The notes beneath the pieces are model-generated. The model saw nothing but the letters and a program-made list of their open reading frames with translations, had not been told where the DNA came from and did no database searches. Position numbers and translations under genes: made by a program. From an uncultured Oscillospiraceae bacterium (GTDB lineage Bacteria > Bacillota > Clostridia > Oscillospirales > UBA644), in assembly GCA_964448355.1 (NCBI GenBank), contig CAYUWC010000003.1, forward strand, positions 16,983 to 80,982: a stretch of DNA of 64,000 nt, in the 5' to 3' direction. This document shows positions 36,528 through 48,722 of the stretch, in pieces. How positions within the stretch are numbered: the stretch's first letter is position 1; each line of letters begins with the position of its first letter.

Positions 36528-37922
36528 TTATGTTGTTTTAACAGGTAAAAATATCTCGAAGACCGCGCCTGACTGTCCGTCGGTGCGATTATATGCGTCA
36601 ACCGTTCCTCTATGACCGGTAACGACTGCTTTAACAATGGCAAGACCAAGCCCGTGGTTGCCTTTTTTGCCTTTATAAAATCTGTCGAACAAATGCGGCA
36701 GATCCTCTTCGCTAAAGCCGGGACCGTCGTCCGTTACGGTAAAAATAACGCCGTTTTCCACGGGGACAGCCTCGACAAAGATCTGTTTTTTCGCAAAACG
36801 CAGCGAATTGGAAAAAAGGTTTGTAAACACGGTCGCAAGCCGTTCTCCGTCACCGTAAATATTCGTGATTACGATATCGCCTTTAACGATAGCAATATCG
36901 TTTGCCGCAGCGATACCCTCGACCCTTTCGATAGCCTCGTCGATTATTTCGAGAGAGCTTACGGACGACATATGCATGATATCTTTCGTCGTTTCTATCT
37001 TGGAAAGATACATAACGTCTTCGACAAGCTTTTCGAGCCGAGATGTTTGATTGAGGATAGATTCGTAGACCTCGTCCGCATTATCGGTAAACACGCCGTC
37101 ACGCAAGCCTTCGACGTAACCGCGAATAGACATCAGCGGTGTTCGCAGCTCATGCGAGGCATTTTGCAAAAATACTTTTTGGCTGTGATCGTACTCTTCG
37201 ATGCTTTTTGCCATTTCGTCGATGGATTTCGCAAGTTCGCCGACTTCGTCGTTTGAGTTTATAACTATCGTCGTGTCGAACTGACGTTTTGCCAACATAT
37301 CGGCACGTATACGAAGTTTTTGAAGATTTCGTGTGAGCTGACCCGAAAAAAGGAGCGCACTTATAACGGCGACAAACGACGCCGCAAGGACGGAGACAAA
37401 AAACAGGAGCGTTAAAAGCCCGTCAAGATTATATCTGTCTACCTGCAAAAGCACGACGATGTTTGCATACGTCGCTCCGGAAGAATGTTTTATCTGCCGT
37501 GAGTATGCAACATACGTTTCCTTATCTTCTTTTATGACAAAAACTCCGCTTTGTCCGTTTCGGCTTTTAACATACTTTGCGAGCGTTTCTTTTTGAAGGT
37601 TGATCACCTCAAAATTCGACACGGCGTATATTTCGTTATCCTCGTCAAAAACGGCAACGGAATAATTTTTATCGGCGATCTCTTTTGATATGCTGTTCCA
37701 TGCAAACTCAAAAAACATAGGGATCGACGACTGTTTTGACGCGAGAACAATAGCTATCCTGTCCGCATACTGGCGAAGCCTTGTCCGTGCTTCTTTAAGG
37801 ATATACGATTCCGAAAACAGAGAGACGAACGACATCGATATACCCGCCATAAGAAAGATTATCACGGCGTAGGAAAGGATAAGCTTTGTTTTAATACTGC
37901 ATTTCATAACATCAGTCTGCAA
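36528..37922 (-). CDS. Sensor histidine kinase (TM-HAMP-HisKA-HATPase)
   Basis: H-box SHELRTPL, G1 DDGPGF and G2 GLGLAI, with two TM segments. Confidence 0.88.
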   Translation of the reverse strand: MQTDVMKCSIKTKLILSYAVIIFLMAGISMSFVSLFSESYILKEARTRLRQYADRIAIVLASKQSSIPMFFEFAWNSISKEIADKNYSVAVFDEDNEIYAVSNFEVINLQKETLAKYVKSRNGQSGVFVIKEDKETYVAYSRQIKHSSGATYANIVVLLQVDRYNLDGLLTLLFFVSVLAASFVAVISALLFSGQLTRNLQKLRIRADMLAKRQFDTTIVINSNDEVGELAKSIDEMAKSIEEYDHSQKVFLQNASHELRTPLMSIRGYVEGLRDGVFTDNADEVYESILNQTSRLEKLVEDVMYLSKIETTKDIMHMSSVSSLEIIDEAIERVEGIAAANDIAIVKGDIVITNIYGDGERLATVFTNLFSNSLRFAKKQIFVEAVPVENGVIFTVTDDGPGFSEEDLPHLFDRFYKGKKGNHGLGLAIVKAVVTGHRGTVDAYNRTDGQSGAVFEIFLPVKTT

Positions 37923-38625
37923 GACCGTCCGTTACCTTATAACCGTAACCCCAAACCGTTTCGATCGCAAACTCGGTATTGTGATTGTCGAGCTTTTTAC
38001 GGATACGTTTTACAAGATCGTCAACGGCACGTGTGTCGCCGATATACTGATATTCCCATATATTGGTAAGGAGCTGATCGCGGGTGAACACTCTGTTTTT
38101 GTTTGTTACCATAAAATAAATAAAGTTATATTCCATTGCGGTCAAGCTCAGATCTTCCTCATATTTGTCGGAAACTTTAACAACTCTGCGTTCGTCGGGA
38201 TAGATCTTAAGATCACGGCAGCGCGGGAACGAGCCTTCGGTGGCTTCAGTTTGAATACCGTCTATTCTGCGGAACACGGCTCTGACCCTTGCGACCATCT
38301 CTCTGGGAGAGAAAGGCTTGGGGATATAATCGTCCGCGCCCATTTCGATACCGAGGATCCTGTCAAGCTCTTCGTCTCTTGCGGACACGATTATTATGGG
38401 TGTGTTGGCTTTTTTGCGTATTTCGTTACACAACTCGAAGCCCGACATTCCGGGCATCATTATATCGATGATAAACATATCCGGCATACCGAGGTTGGCA
38501 GCGGAAAGAGCTTCTTCGCCGTTTTCGAATTCATCGACCAAAAAACCTTCTTTTTCAAGATAAGAGCGAACGATCTCTCGTATGTCTTTTTCATCGTCAA
38601 CAACATATATTTTTTTCATTGTCAA
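37912..38625 (-). CDS. OmpR-family response regulator
   Basis: Receiver domain (VVDDEKDI, IIDIMMPGMSG) plus a winged-helix C-terminus (VWGYGYK). It overlaps the kinase start. Confidence 0.9.
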   Translation of the reverse strand: MTMKKIYVVDDEKDIREIVRSYLEKEGFLVDEFENGEEALSAANLGMPDMFIIDIMMPGMSGFELCNEIRKKANTPIIIVSARDEELDRILGIEMGADDYIPKPFSPREMVARVRAVFRRIDGIQTEATEGSFPRCRDLKIYPDERRVVKVSDKYEEDLSLTAMEYNFIYFMVTNKNRVFTRDQLLTNIWEYQYIGDTRAVDDLVKRIRKKLDNHNTEFAIETVWGYGYKVTDGLAD

Positions 38626-38992
38626 AGGGCCTCCTTAGATTATTTTTATAATATCGTTTTTTTTATTACGGATCCGACACGGGATATCCGTACGTTAGAT
38701 AGAAACGACCGTTTCGAGGTGTTAAAACACGGCAAACACGGTCCTTGCTGGGATATCATTATGTCTACTACTGTATTATATCACAAAAAGCGGAGATATG
38801 GAAGAGCAATTTTCAGTTTTTATGAAAAATATTTTTTAACAGCTTACGTCAATTGTTCCGTACGGGGGATCTGCCGCAGATGTGCCACAGATGTATCATT
38901 CTTTTTCGTTATTTAAAGATTATACTTTAACCATAATCAAAAGCATATTCCGTATTTTGAATATATTTTCGATTATTTTCTCCCCCTCTTTT

Positions 38993-39037
38993 TCCGACCC
39001 CGTTTTTCCGAACGGTAACGGGGCTCGGAGCTTTTTT
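38993..39037 (+). terminator. Strong plus-strand intrinsic terminator with no annotated plus-strand gene upstream
   Basis: Stem tccga-ccccgtt / aacgggg-c-tcgga (12 bp with one bulge), followed by gcTTTTTT. Confidence 0.55.
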
Positions 39038-39108
39038 CGGAAAAAGAGCCTAATTAAGCGTATACCTACTGGTTTTTCATATCTACTTTCTCTTAATTTT
39101 TATGCGAG

Positions 39109-39141
39109 AAAGCTCCCTTATCGTTGCAAGGGAGCTTTTTT
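39109..39141 (+). terminator. Second plus-strand intrinsic terminator in the same non-coding region
   Basis: 11-bp stem aaagctccctt/aagggagcttt followed by a T-run. Confidence 0.6.
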
Positions 39142-39186
39142 CGTTTTATAAAAATCTTTTGCCCCGTTTTTTAACGCGGCATGTCC

Positions 39187-39333
39187 GTTGCTTTCCGAAA
39201 GTCTGCAAGACATCTTGCTTAAGTTTAAATCTTAGCAACACCTGAAAACGGTTGTGGCCTATGTAAAAGGTCTCTCAACACCGCACTTCACTTGTTTTCC
39301 AAAAAACGGCGAGACATCTTGCTTAAGTTTAAA
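39187..39333 (+). repeat. Two copies of a ~44-nt unit ending in the exact 22-mer agacatcttgcttaagtttaaa
   Basis: The exact 22-mer is at 39208-39229 and 39312-39333. The upstream flanks are similar (ttgctttccgaaa versus ttgttttccaaaa). Confidence 0.8.
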
Positions 39334-39390
39334 GCAAAACAACAATCCTGATTTAAAACAACGATCTTGTTTTTTTGCAAAGAGCAAAGA

Positions 39391-39422
39391 GTGCAAACGA
39401 TTTAAGTGTGCAAACGATTTAA
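39391..39422 (+). repeat. Perfect 15-nt direct repeat gtgcaaacgatttaa, two copies
   Basis: Copies at 39391-39405 and 39408-39422. Confidence 0.85.
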
Positions 39423-39542
39423 AATCTACGCAGAGAGCGTTAAGTCCCGAAAGAAGAACCTGTCTCTTATGGGACAACATATGCGTCAGGTCATAAAACG
39501 GGTTTAACATTCAAAAACCGGAGCTTATATCAATTTTCTGCG

Positions 39543-42493
<2,951 letters not shown>

Positions 42494-42632
42494 AGCAAAG
42501 TATCTTCCTTATACATTAATCCTCTTTATGTTTATTTTAACACATAACGCCAGAAAAATCAAGACCCGATTTTACGTATATGTAAAGATAAAACGATTAC
42601 GCGAAAAAATGAATTTAATGTACGTTTTCCTA

Positions 42633-42661
42633 TTGAAATTTTCATAAAAATGATGTATAAT
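42633..42661 (+). promoter_or_regulatory. Candidate promoter of SBP paralog 2 (TTGAAA-17-TATAAT)
   Basis: Hexamers and spacing were read from the sequence. Confidence 0.55.
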
Positions 42662-42676
42662 ACGGTAAAAAGAAGC

Positions 42677-42702
42677 TATGCATACTGGTATGTGTATGCA
42701 TA
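42677..42702 (+). promoter_or_regulatory. Two copies of the palindrome TATGCATA, 18 nt apart, between promoter and RBS
   Basis: Copies at 42677-42684 and 42695-42702. This could be an operator or an 8-bp RNA stem. Confidence 0.35.
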
Positions 42703-42723
42703 AATCGATATAATCTGGAGGCA

Positions 42724-44130
42724 ATGAAAATGAAAAAAAGATTCTTCAAGTTTTTTTCGCTGTTTTTCGTATTTTTCTTGATTTTCACAGCCTGCTCGGA
42801 TCAGTCGGGTGTTGAGATAGTTCCCGAATACGATACGAGTATCGACAATGAAGACATCAATCTCGAAGGATACGAATACGTGATTGCCGCGGCAACGCAC
42901 GGCGGCGGTAAATTCACGCTTTCGCCCGTATCAGGAGAAGATATACGCGGAGACAGATTGTTACAACGCTACAAAGACACCGAAGAAAAGTACAACGTTA
43001 AGATCTCGACCTTGAACGGCTGCGATCTCAATATGTTTAAGTTGGACTTTGTGGCGGGCAGAAAATATGCAGACCTGATGTTATCGTTGGTCGGAACTAT
43101 GTTCACGGGAAAATACATACAAAACGGATATTTTCTCGCGTTCTCGGATATGGACATAGATCTCGAATCCGGTATTTTCGGAACACAGGGTGCTCTTGAA
43201 GCAGGATGTTTTAACAACAAATATTACGGCGTTTTATCGTATTATTGGGGATTTCCCACTCCGTACACAATGCCTGCGATGTGGTTCAACCCCAAAGTTA
43301 TTTCGGCATATCAGCAAACATCCCCTCACGAGCTTGACGAGCAGGGACTGTGGACATGGGACACATTCGAAGCCATGTGCGAAGCTATAAGAGACACATC
43401 GGATCCCGACCCCGACAAGCACGTTTACGCCATCGCATACACGAGCGAACCGTATCTTGAGTATGCCGCACTGTTTTCAAACGGAGCGCGTTTTGTCGAA
43501 AAAAACGAAGACGGAACACTTTCCTACGCTCTTGACAGCGAAGCCGCACTCGAAGCTTTGACATGGGTAAGAGATCTTGCCGCACGTGACCTTATCTGTG
43601 ACGGCGGCGACAGACAGAATATCACTCCTTTTGTCGAAAACAGACGCGCGTTCTTCCTTGAATACACGCATCTCGGCCTGAGTACGGACGGTACGAACAA
43701 TCTCGGCTACCAGATGGAAGACGCATATGAATGGATACTGTTCCCGAAGGGTCCTCAGGGGCTGAACGTAACAGCTCAGACAGTGCATTCTTACAATTCG
43801 TATTTATACTACGCACCCGTCAATTCCGATGCGGAGATACATTCGATACTCCTGCCGTATTTGTTCCAACCGCTTCCCGACGAATCGGCAGATAACTGGC
43901 AGAGCGAATTGGAAAGAAACAATTTCTATACCTCGAAATCCTTTGAATATTTCCAGAAAACGAGAGACGATGCGTTCTTCGACTATACTCCGTTCATTCC
44001 GTTCTCGAAAATGAACAGTGTGTTAAAAGAAATAACGAGAGGCACCGCATCCGCTTCGGAAAGTCTCGAAAGTATAAAAGACCAGTTCCAGACATCTCTC
44101 GATGATATGTACAACAGTTATTTGAATTAA
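42724..44130 (+). CDS. Solute-binding-protein-like lipoprotein, paralog 2 (divergent)
   Basis: Lipobox (FLIFTACSDQ) and an SBP-like motif (GLWTWDTFEAMCEAIRD). Length is 468 aa. Confidence 0.65.
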   Translation: MKMKKRFFKFFSLFFVFFLIFTACSDQSGVEIVPEYDTSIDNEDINLEGYEYVIAAATHGGGKFTLSPVSGEDIRGDRLLQRYKDTEEKYNVKISTLNGCDLNMFKLDFVAGRKYADLMLSLVGTMFTGKYIQNGYFLAFSDMDIDLESGIFGTQGALEAGCFNNKYYGVLSYYWGFPTPYTMPAMWFNPKVISAYQQTSPHELDEQGLWTWDTFEAMCEAIRDTSDPDPDKHVYAIAYTSEPYLEYAALFSNGARFVEKNEDGTLSYALDSEAALEALTWVRDLAARDLICDGGDRQNITPFVENRRAFFLEYTHLGLSTDGTNNLGYQMEDAYEWILFPKGPQGLNVTAQTVHSYNSYLYYAPVNSDAEIHSILLPYLFQPLPDESADNWQSELERNNFYTSKSFEYFQKTRDDAFFDYTPFIPFSKMNSVLKEITRGTASASESLESIKDQFQTSLDDMYNSYLN

Positions 44131-44177
44131 ACACTTTGATCATGCGATTTTTGTCGAACGATCATAATTTAACACAT

Positions 44178-44213
44178 ACGTCCGCCGCCTCCGCCGGCGG
44201 CGGACGTCTATTT
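44178..44213 (+). terminator. GC-rich hairpin terminator
   Basis: 12-bp stem acgtccgccgcc/ggcggcggacgt with a weak T tract. Confidence 0.55.
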
Positions 44214-44270
44214 CGGAGCGTTATTCCGACCGAAACAATTATAGACCAAAACAATTATTAAGGAAAAGAT

Positions 44271-45539
44271 ATGGAAATTCTTATAACCGTATTGTGTATT
44301 TTAACAACGTTGACAGCGGTCGCGACCGCCGTGATATGCATAACATCTCTTTCCGCGGTAAAAAAAGAGACTGCGGAGGCAAAAAAAGAGATCTCGGCGA
44401 TCAAAGCGGAAGCGTTAACAGCCGTAAATGACGGAATAAAAACGAACTCGGAAGTGATACAGTCGTCTCTTCGGCTTTACGGCGAACAGGTCACCGCGTT
44501 ATCGTCGGGGCTTGACACACGAATGGAAAGTTTGCGCAAAAATCAAGATGAACGCCTTGAGGCAGTTCGTGTTACGTTAGACAGAAACATACGTCAAATG
44601 CAGCAGGATAATATGAAACAGCTCGACCAGATAAGAACGACCGTCGATGAAAAGCTGCAAAAAACGCTCAACGACAGGGTAACGGAATCTTTCAAGCTTG
44701 TCGGAACACAGCTTGAGCAGGTACATAAAAGTCTCGGTGAGATGCAAACGCTTGCATCGGGCGTGGGAGATCTGAAAAAGATACTGTCGAACGTTAAAAC
44801 ACGCGGAGTATTCGGCGAAGTACAGCTGTCGAGAATACTGGAGCAGATACTTACGTCAGACCAATACGTAACAAATTTCGCAACAAAGAAAAACAGCAGA
44901 GACGTTGTTGAATTTGCGGTAAAACTTCCGGGTAAGGGCGAATACGACGACCCTGTTTATCTTCCGCTCGACGCAAAATTTCCGCTTGATGTTTACAACG
45001 CATTACTTGACGCCTACGATTCGGGAGATGCGGCACAGACAGAAGCGGCAGGCAAGGCTCTCGAAGCTGCGATCAAAAAGAACGCAAAAGATATTCGGGA
45101 CAAATACATCGATCCTCCGAACACAACGGATTTTGCGGTCATGTTCCTGCCCACCGAGGGGCTTTATGCGGAAGTAGTTAGACGAACGGGGCTTATAGAA
45201 GTGTTGGCGGCGGAATATTCCGTCAACGTATGCGGTCCGTCTACGATATCCGCATTTTTAAACAGTCTGCAAATGGGTTTTCGAACTCTTGCGATCGAAA
45301 AACGGTCGCATGAGGTTTGGAAGATACTCGGCGCCGTCAAAACGGAATTCGGACATTTTGACAAGGTTTTGGCTTCCGTTAAAAAGAAATTCGTATCCGC
45401 AGACAATGAGCTTAACGACCTTATAGGTGTTCGCACGAGAATGATGATGCGCAAGTTAAAGGATGTCGAAACAATGCCCGACGAAGCCGCAAAAGCAATT
45501 ATCGACGGCGAAACGGAAGAAACAGAGGATCCTGTATGA
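44271..45539 (+). CDS. rmuC: DNA recombination protein RmuC
   Basis: N-terminal TM segment, a coiled-coil region, and a RmuC core (GVFGEVQLSRILEQIL). Confidence 0.85.
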   Translation: MEILITVLCILTTLTAVATAVICITSLSAVKKETAEAKKEISAIKAEALTAVNDGIKTNSEVIQSSLRLYGEQVTALSSGLDTRMESLRKNQDERLEAVRVTLDRNIRQMQQDNMKQLDQIRTTVDEKLQKTLNDRVTESFKLVGTQLEQVHKSLGEMQTLASGVGDLKKILSNVKTRGVFGEVQLSRILEQILTSDQYVTNFATKKNSRDVVEFAVKLPGKGEYDDPVYLPLDAKFPLDVYNALLDAYDSGDAAQTEAAGKALEAAIKKNAKDIRDKYIDPPNTTDFAVMFLPTEGLYAEVVRRTGLIEVLAAEYSVNVCGPSTISAFLNSLQMGFRTLAIEKRSHEVWKILGAVKTEFGHFDKVLASVKKKFVSADNELNDLIGVRTRMMMRKLKDVETMPDEAAKAIIDGETEETEDPV

Positions 45540-46642
45540 TATATCTTGACAGTGCCGCGACCACACGTGTTTTGCCGTGTGCGGCGAAAGCTGCGTGCGA
45601 GGCGATGACCGAAACGTTTGCGAACCCGTCCTCGCTGCATTCTTTCGGGTATGAAGCGGAAAAGATATTGACAGACGCGCGCAAAACGGTGGCAGCGGCG
45701 GCAGGCGTACTTCCAGAAGAAATAATATTCACATCGGGCGGCACGGGAGCGGACAATCTTGCCGTTTTCGGATATTTAAACAACAAGCGCGGCGGCCGCA
45801 TAATAACATCGGCATACGAACACCCCGCCGTCTCGGAATGCTTCAAAGCTCTGTCGTCGAAATTCGAAGTTGTTTATCTGTACCCGGAAAACGGGATCAT
45901 AACACCGGACATATTAAAAAAAGAGCTGACGCCGGACACGGTGTTTGTAAGCGTTATGCACGTTAACAACGAGACAGGCGCGATAAACCCGATACGGGAG
46001 CTGTCCAAAACCGCTAAAAACTATTCGGATGCGGTGTTTCATACGGACGCGGTGCAGGGATTTTTAAAAGAACGCGAGAATTATTCCTGTTGCGATATGG
46101 CGTCGTTCTCGGCGCATAAAACAGGAGCGCCGAAGGGGATCGGAGCTTTGTATGTTAAAAAAAATATACGTTTAAAACCGGTAATATACGGCGGCGGTCA
46201 GGAAAAAGGTCTTTTTTGCGGAACGGAAAACGTGCCGGCGGCGGCAGGTTGGAGTGCGGCGGTAAAGCAGTTGTCGGCAAATATCGATAAAAGGAACAGC
46301 GACCTTGCAGAGCTTAAGCGTTTTGCTTCGAATTCGTTATCGGCTCTCGGTGCGCAAATAATATCGCCGAAACATTCATCGGCGCATATTTTAACGGTGG
46401 CTTTTCCCGAATATATATCCGAAAACATCGTACATTTTCTGGAAAAGCGCAACATATACGTTTCCACGGGTTCGGCCTGTTCTTCAAAAAAAGCGAGCTC
46501 GACATATACCGCGCTCGGTCTTGAAAAATACGCGCGATCCGTTTTACGCATATCTTTTTGCGACGATACGTCTCTGACGGATATCGAAGCGCTGATATCG
46601 GCAATAAAGGACGCGCTTGCCGCACTCGTAAAAAAGAAATAA
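45536..46642 (+). CDS. Cysteine desulfurase (class V aminotransferase, NifS/IscS-like)
   Basis: PLP-Lys motif SFSAHKTGAPKG and the catalytic Cys loop STGSACSS. It lies adjacent to thiI. Confidence 0.85.
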   Translation: MIYLDSAATTRVLPCAAKAACEAMTETFANPSSLHSFGYEAEKILTDARKTVAAAAGVLPEEIIFTSGGTGADNLAVFGYLNNKRGGRIITSAYEHPAVSECFKALSSKFEVVYLYPENGIITPDILKKELTPDTVFVSVMHVNNETGAINPIRELSKTAKNYSDAVFHTDAVQGFLKERENYSCCDMASFSAHKTGAPKGIGALYVKKNIRLKPVIYGGGQEKGLFCGTENVPAAAGWSAAVKQLSANIDKRNSDLAELKRFASNSLSALGAQIISPKHSSAHILTVAFPEYISENIVHFLEKRNIYVSTGSACSSKKASSTYTALGLEKYARSVLRISFCDDTSLTDIEALISAIKDALAALVKKK

Positions 46643-46657
46643 AGAAAAAGGTGCAAT

Positions 46658-47860
46658 ATGAACGAAATTATTTTACTCAAGCTCGGAGAAGTTGTTTTAA
46701 AAGGTCTTAACAGACATAAGTTCGAAAGTACGCTTGTTAAAAACGTGAAACGAGCCGTATGGCCTTACGGAAAGCCCGAAGTCGAAGACAAACAATCGAC
46801 GATATTTGTTCGTGTAACGGGCGAATATGCGGATTTTGACGGGGCGTATGAAGCGTGCAAAAAAATATTCGGTATCGTTTCCGTCTGCAGAGCAATACAG
46901 TGCTCGCTCGATTTTGAAGAGGTAAAAAAGACAGCCGGCGATTATCTGGAGGCAAAGCTTTTGCGGGCAAAAACGTTCAAAGTTCAGGCAAAGCGTGCAG
47001 ACAAAGGTTATCCGTTAAATTCGCCGCAGATAATGGAACGTTTGGGTGAATATATTTTAGACAGATTTCCGCATCTTTCCGTTAAATTAAAAGAACCCGA
47101 CGTCACGGTTTACGCAGAAGTACGAGAGGGCAGCGTGTTTATACACGGAGATCCCGAACGCGGCGCAGGCGGACTGCCGGCAGGCACGGGCGGTCACGGA
47201 CTTTTGATGCTTTCGGGAGGCATAGACAGCCCCGTTGCGGGTTATGTTATGGCAAAAAGAGGATTAAAAATATCCGCAATACATTTCGAATCACCGCCGT
47301 ACACGAGTGACAGGGCAAAAGAAAAAGTTCTCACTCTAGCAAAAAAACTGAGTGTTTACGCAGGTAACGTCGATCTTTACGTCGTTCCGTTCACGCAGAT
47401 ACAGGAGCAGATACGGGACAAATGCGCCGAAGACTGTTTTACTGTTATAATGCGTAGGTTTATGTTAAGAATAGCGTGCAAACTCGCAAAGCAAATCGAC
47501 GCAGGCGCGATAATAACAGGCGAGAGCCTCGGTCAGGTCGCATCGCAAACGCTCGGTGCGATCAGATGCACGGATGCGGTATCGTCATACCCTGTGTTCA
47601 GACCGTTTATCGGTACGGACAAACAGGACATAATCGATCTTGCGCGTCAAATCGACACGTTCGAAACGTCCTCTCTGCCTTATGAAGACTGCTGCACGGT
47701 GTTCACCCCGAAACATCCCAAGACAAATCCGTCCGTAGAAGTTATCGAAAAAGCGGAATCGGCTCTCAATATCGAAGAACTTCTCGACGGTATCATCGAA
47801 AAAACGGAAAGGATCACGCTTTATGCTCCCGGAAGAAAAGATCGTAAAGTTGTTGACTGA
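46658..47860 (+). CDS. thiI: tRNA 4-thiouridine(8) synthase ThiI
   Basis: THUMP N-terminal region and the PP-loop LLSGGIDSPVAGY. Confidence 0.9.
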   Translation: MNEIILLKLGEVVLKGLNRHKFESTLVKNVKRAVWPYGKPEVEDKQSTIFVRVTGEYADFDGAYEACKKIFGIVSVCRAIQCSLDFEEVKKTAGDYLEAKLLRAKTFKVQAKRADKGYPLNSPQIMERLGEYILDRFPHLSVKLKEPDVTVYAEVREGSVFIHGDPERGAGGLPAGTGGHGLLMLSGGIDSPVAGYVMAKRGLKISAIHFESPPYTSDRAKEKVLTLAKKLSVYAGNVDLYVVPFTQIQEQIRDKCAEDCFTVIMRRFMLRIACKLAKQIDAGAIITGESLGQVASQTLGAIRCTDAVSSYPVFRPFIGTDKQDIIDLARQIDTFETSSLPYEDCCTVFTPKHPKTNPSVEVIEKAESALNIEELLDGIIEKTERITLYAPGRKDRKVVD

Positions 47861-48296
47861 CAAAAAATTAAAGCTCGCCACGGCAGAATCGTGCACGGGC
47901 GGTCTGATAGCAAAGCGTATTACGGATATTCCCGGTTCCTCCGCTGTTTTCGATATGGGGATAGTATCGTACTCGAACGAAATAAAGCACCGTTTTCTCA
48001 ATGTTCCCGACAATGTTTTAAACACTGTCGGCGCAGTCTCACAAGAGACGGCGGAAGCGATGGCGAAGGGTGTTTGCAACGCTGCAAATGCGGACATTGC
48101 GGTCGCAACAACCGGCATCGCAGGCCCCGGCGGCGGAACCGAAGAAAAGCCGGTTGGTCTGGTGTATATATCCGTCTACTTTAACGATACAAATCGGTAT
48201 ATCACCAAAAAATTAAACCTTTCGGGTTCGCGTGACGAAATACGCAACCAAACCGCAGATATCGTTTTTAACACGCTGTTAAACGAGATACAGTGA
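47823..48296 (+). CDS. pncC: CinA C-terminal domain protein (nicotinamide-nucleotide amidohydrolase PncC)
   Basis: KLATAESCTGGLIA and GIAGPGGGTEEKPVGLVYI. Confidence 0.8.
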   Translation: MLPEEKIVKLLTDKKLKLATAESCTGGLIAKRITDIPGSSAVFDMGIVSYSNEIKHRFLNVPDNVLNTVGAVSQETAEAMAKGVCNAANADIAVATTGIAGPGGGTEEKPVGLVYISVYFNDTNRYITKKLNLSGSRDEIRNQTADIVFNTLLNEIQ

Positions 48297-48309
48297 TAAA
48301 TTTCACATC

Positions 48310-48343
48310 AAAAAAAACGCTCCTGCTTTATGACGCAGGAGTG
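48310..48343 (-). terminator. Minus-strand intrinsic terminator with no annotated minus-strand gene immediately upstream
   Basis: Stem cgctcctgc/gcaggagtg. A8 on the plus side gives U8 on a minus-strand transcript. The plus-side tail is weak. Confidence 0.55.
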
Positions 48344-48522
48344 TTGTGTTCATCAATACTTCGCGGGAGATTATAACGCCCACCGAAGCCTCGAAAGGTG
48401 GGTACCGGACGTGGCACCTTATACAGAGACGTAAAAAAACATTCAAATTTCGCAATCGGCAGTATTTAAACAAACTGCACTTAGAAAGCAAGAGCCATCT
48501 TGCTTAATTATATTTTTACCAA
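48344..48522 (-). ncRNA. Candidate small RNA (or long 3'UTR) between two terminators; identity unknown
   Basis: A ~180-nt non-coding stretch bounded by a minus-oriented and a plus-oriented terminator. Internal hairpins are aagcaag/cttgctt and cccacc/ggtggg. The strand assignment is tentative. Confidence 0.3.
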
Positions 48523-48561
48523 AACAAGCCAACAGAGATATTTCCGTTGGCTTGTTTTTTT
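48523..48561 (+). terminator. Plus-strand intrinsic terminator
   Basis: 10-bp stem acaagccaac/gttggcttgt followed by T7. Confidence 0.65.
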
Positions 48562-48722
48562 GTCGGCTATTTTACGAAACGAGGGTCATTCAAAAAAAGA
48601 GATCGTCCGACAATGACTTTCATCCGCCGAAACGATCTTAAATAGGAGTTATTCCATACATGAAAAAAAAATTAACAATGTTTTTGTTAGCACTTTGATA
48701 ATACCATAGATATCTCGATTTG

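Noticed and set aside
38882-39510. Small ORFs in the 38.6-39.5 kb gap (38882-39151 +, 39254-39496 +, 39259-39510 -).
   Set aside because: They have no RBS and an implausible composition. They span terminator hairpins and repeat units.
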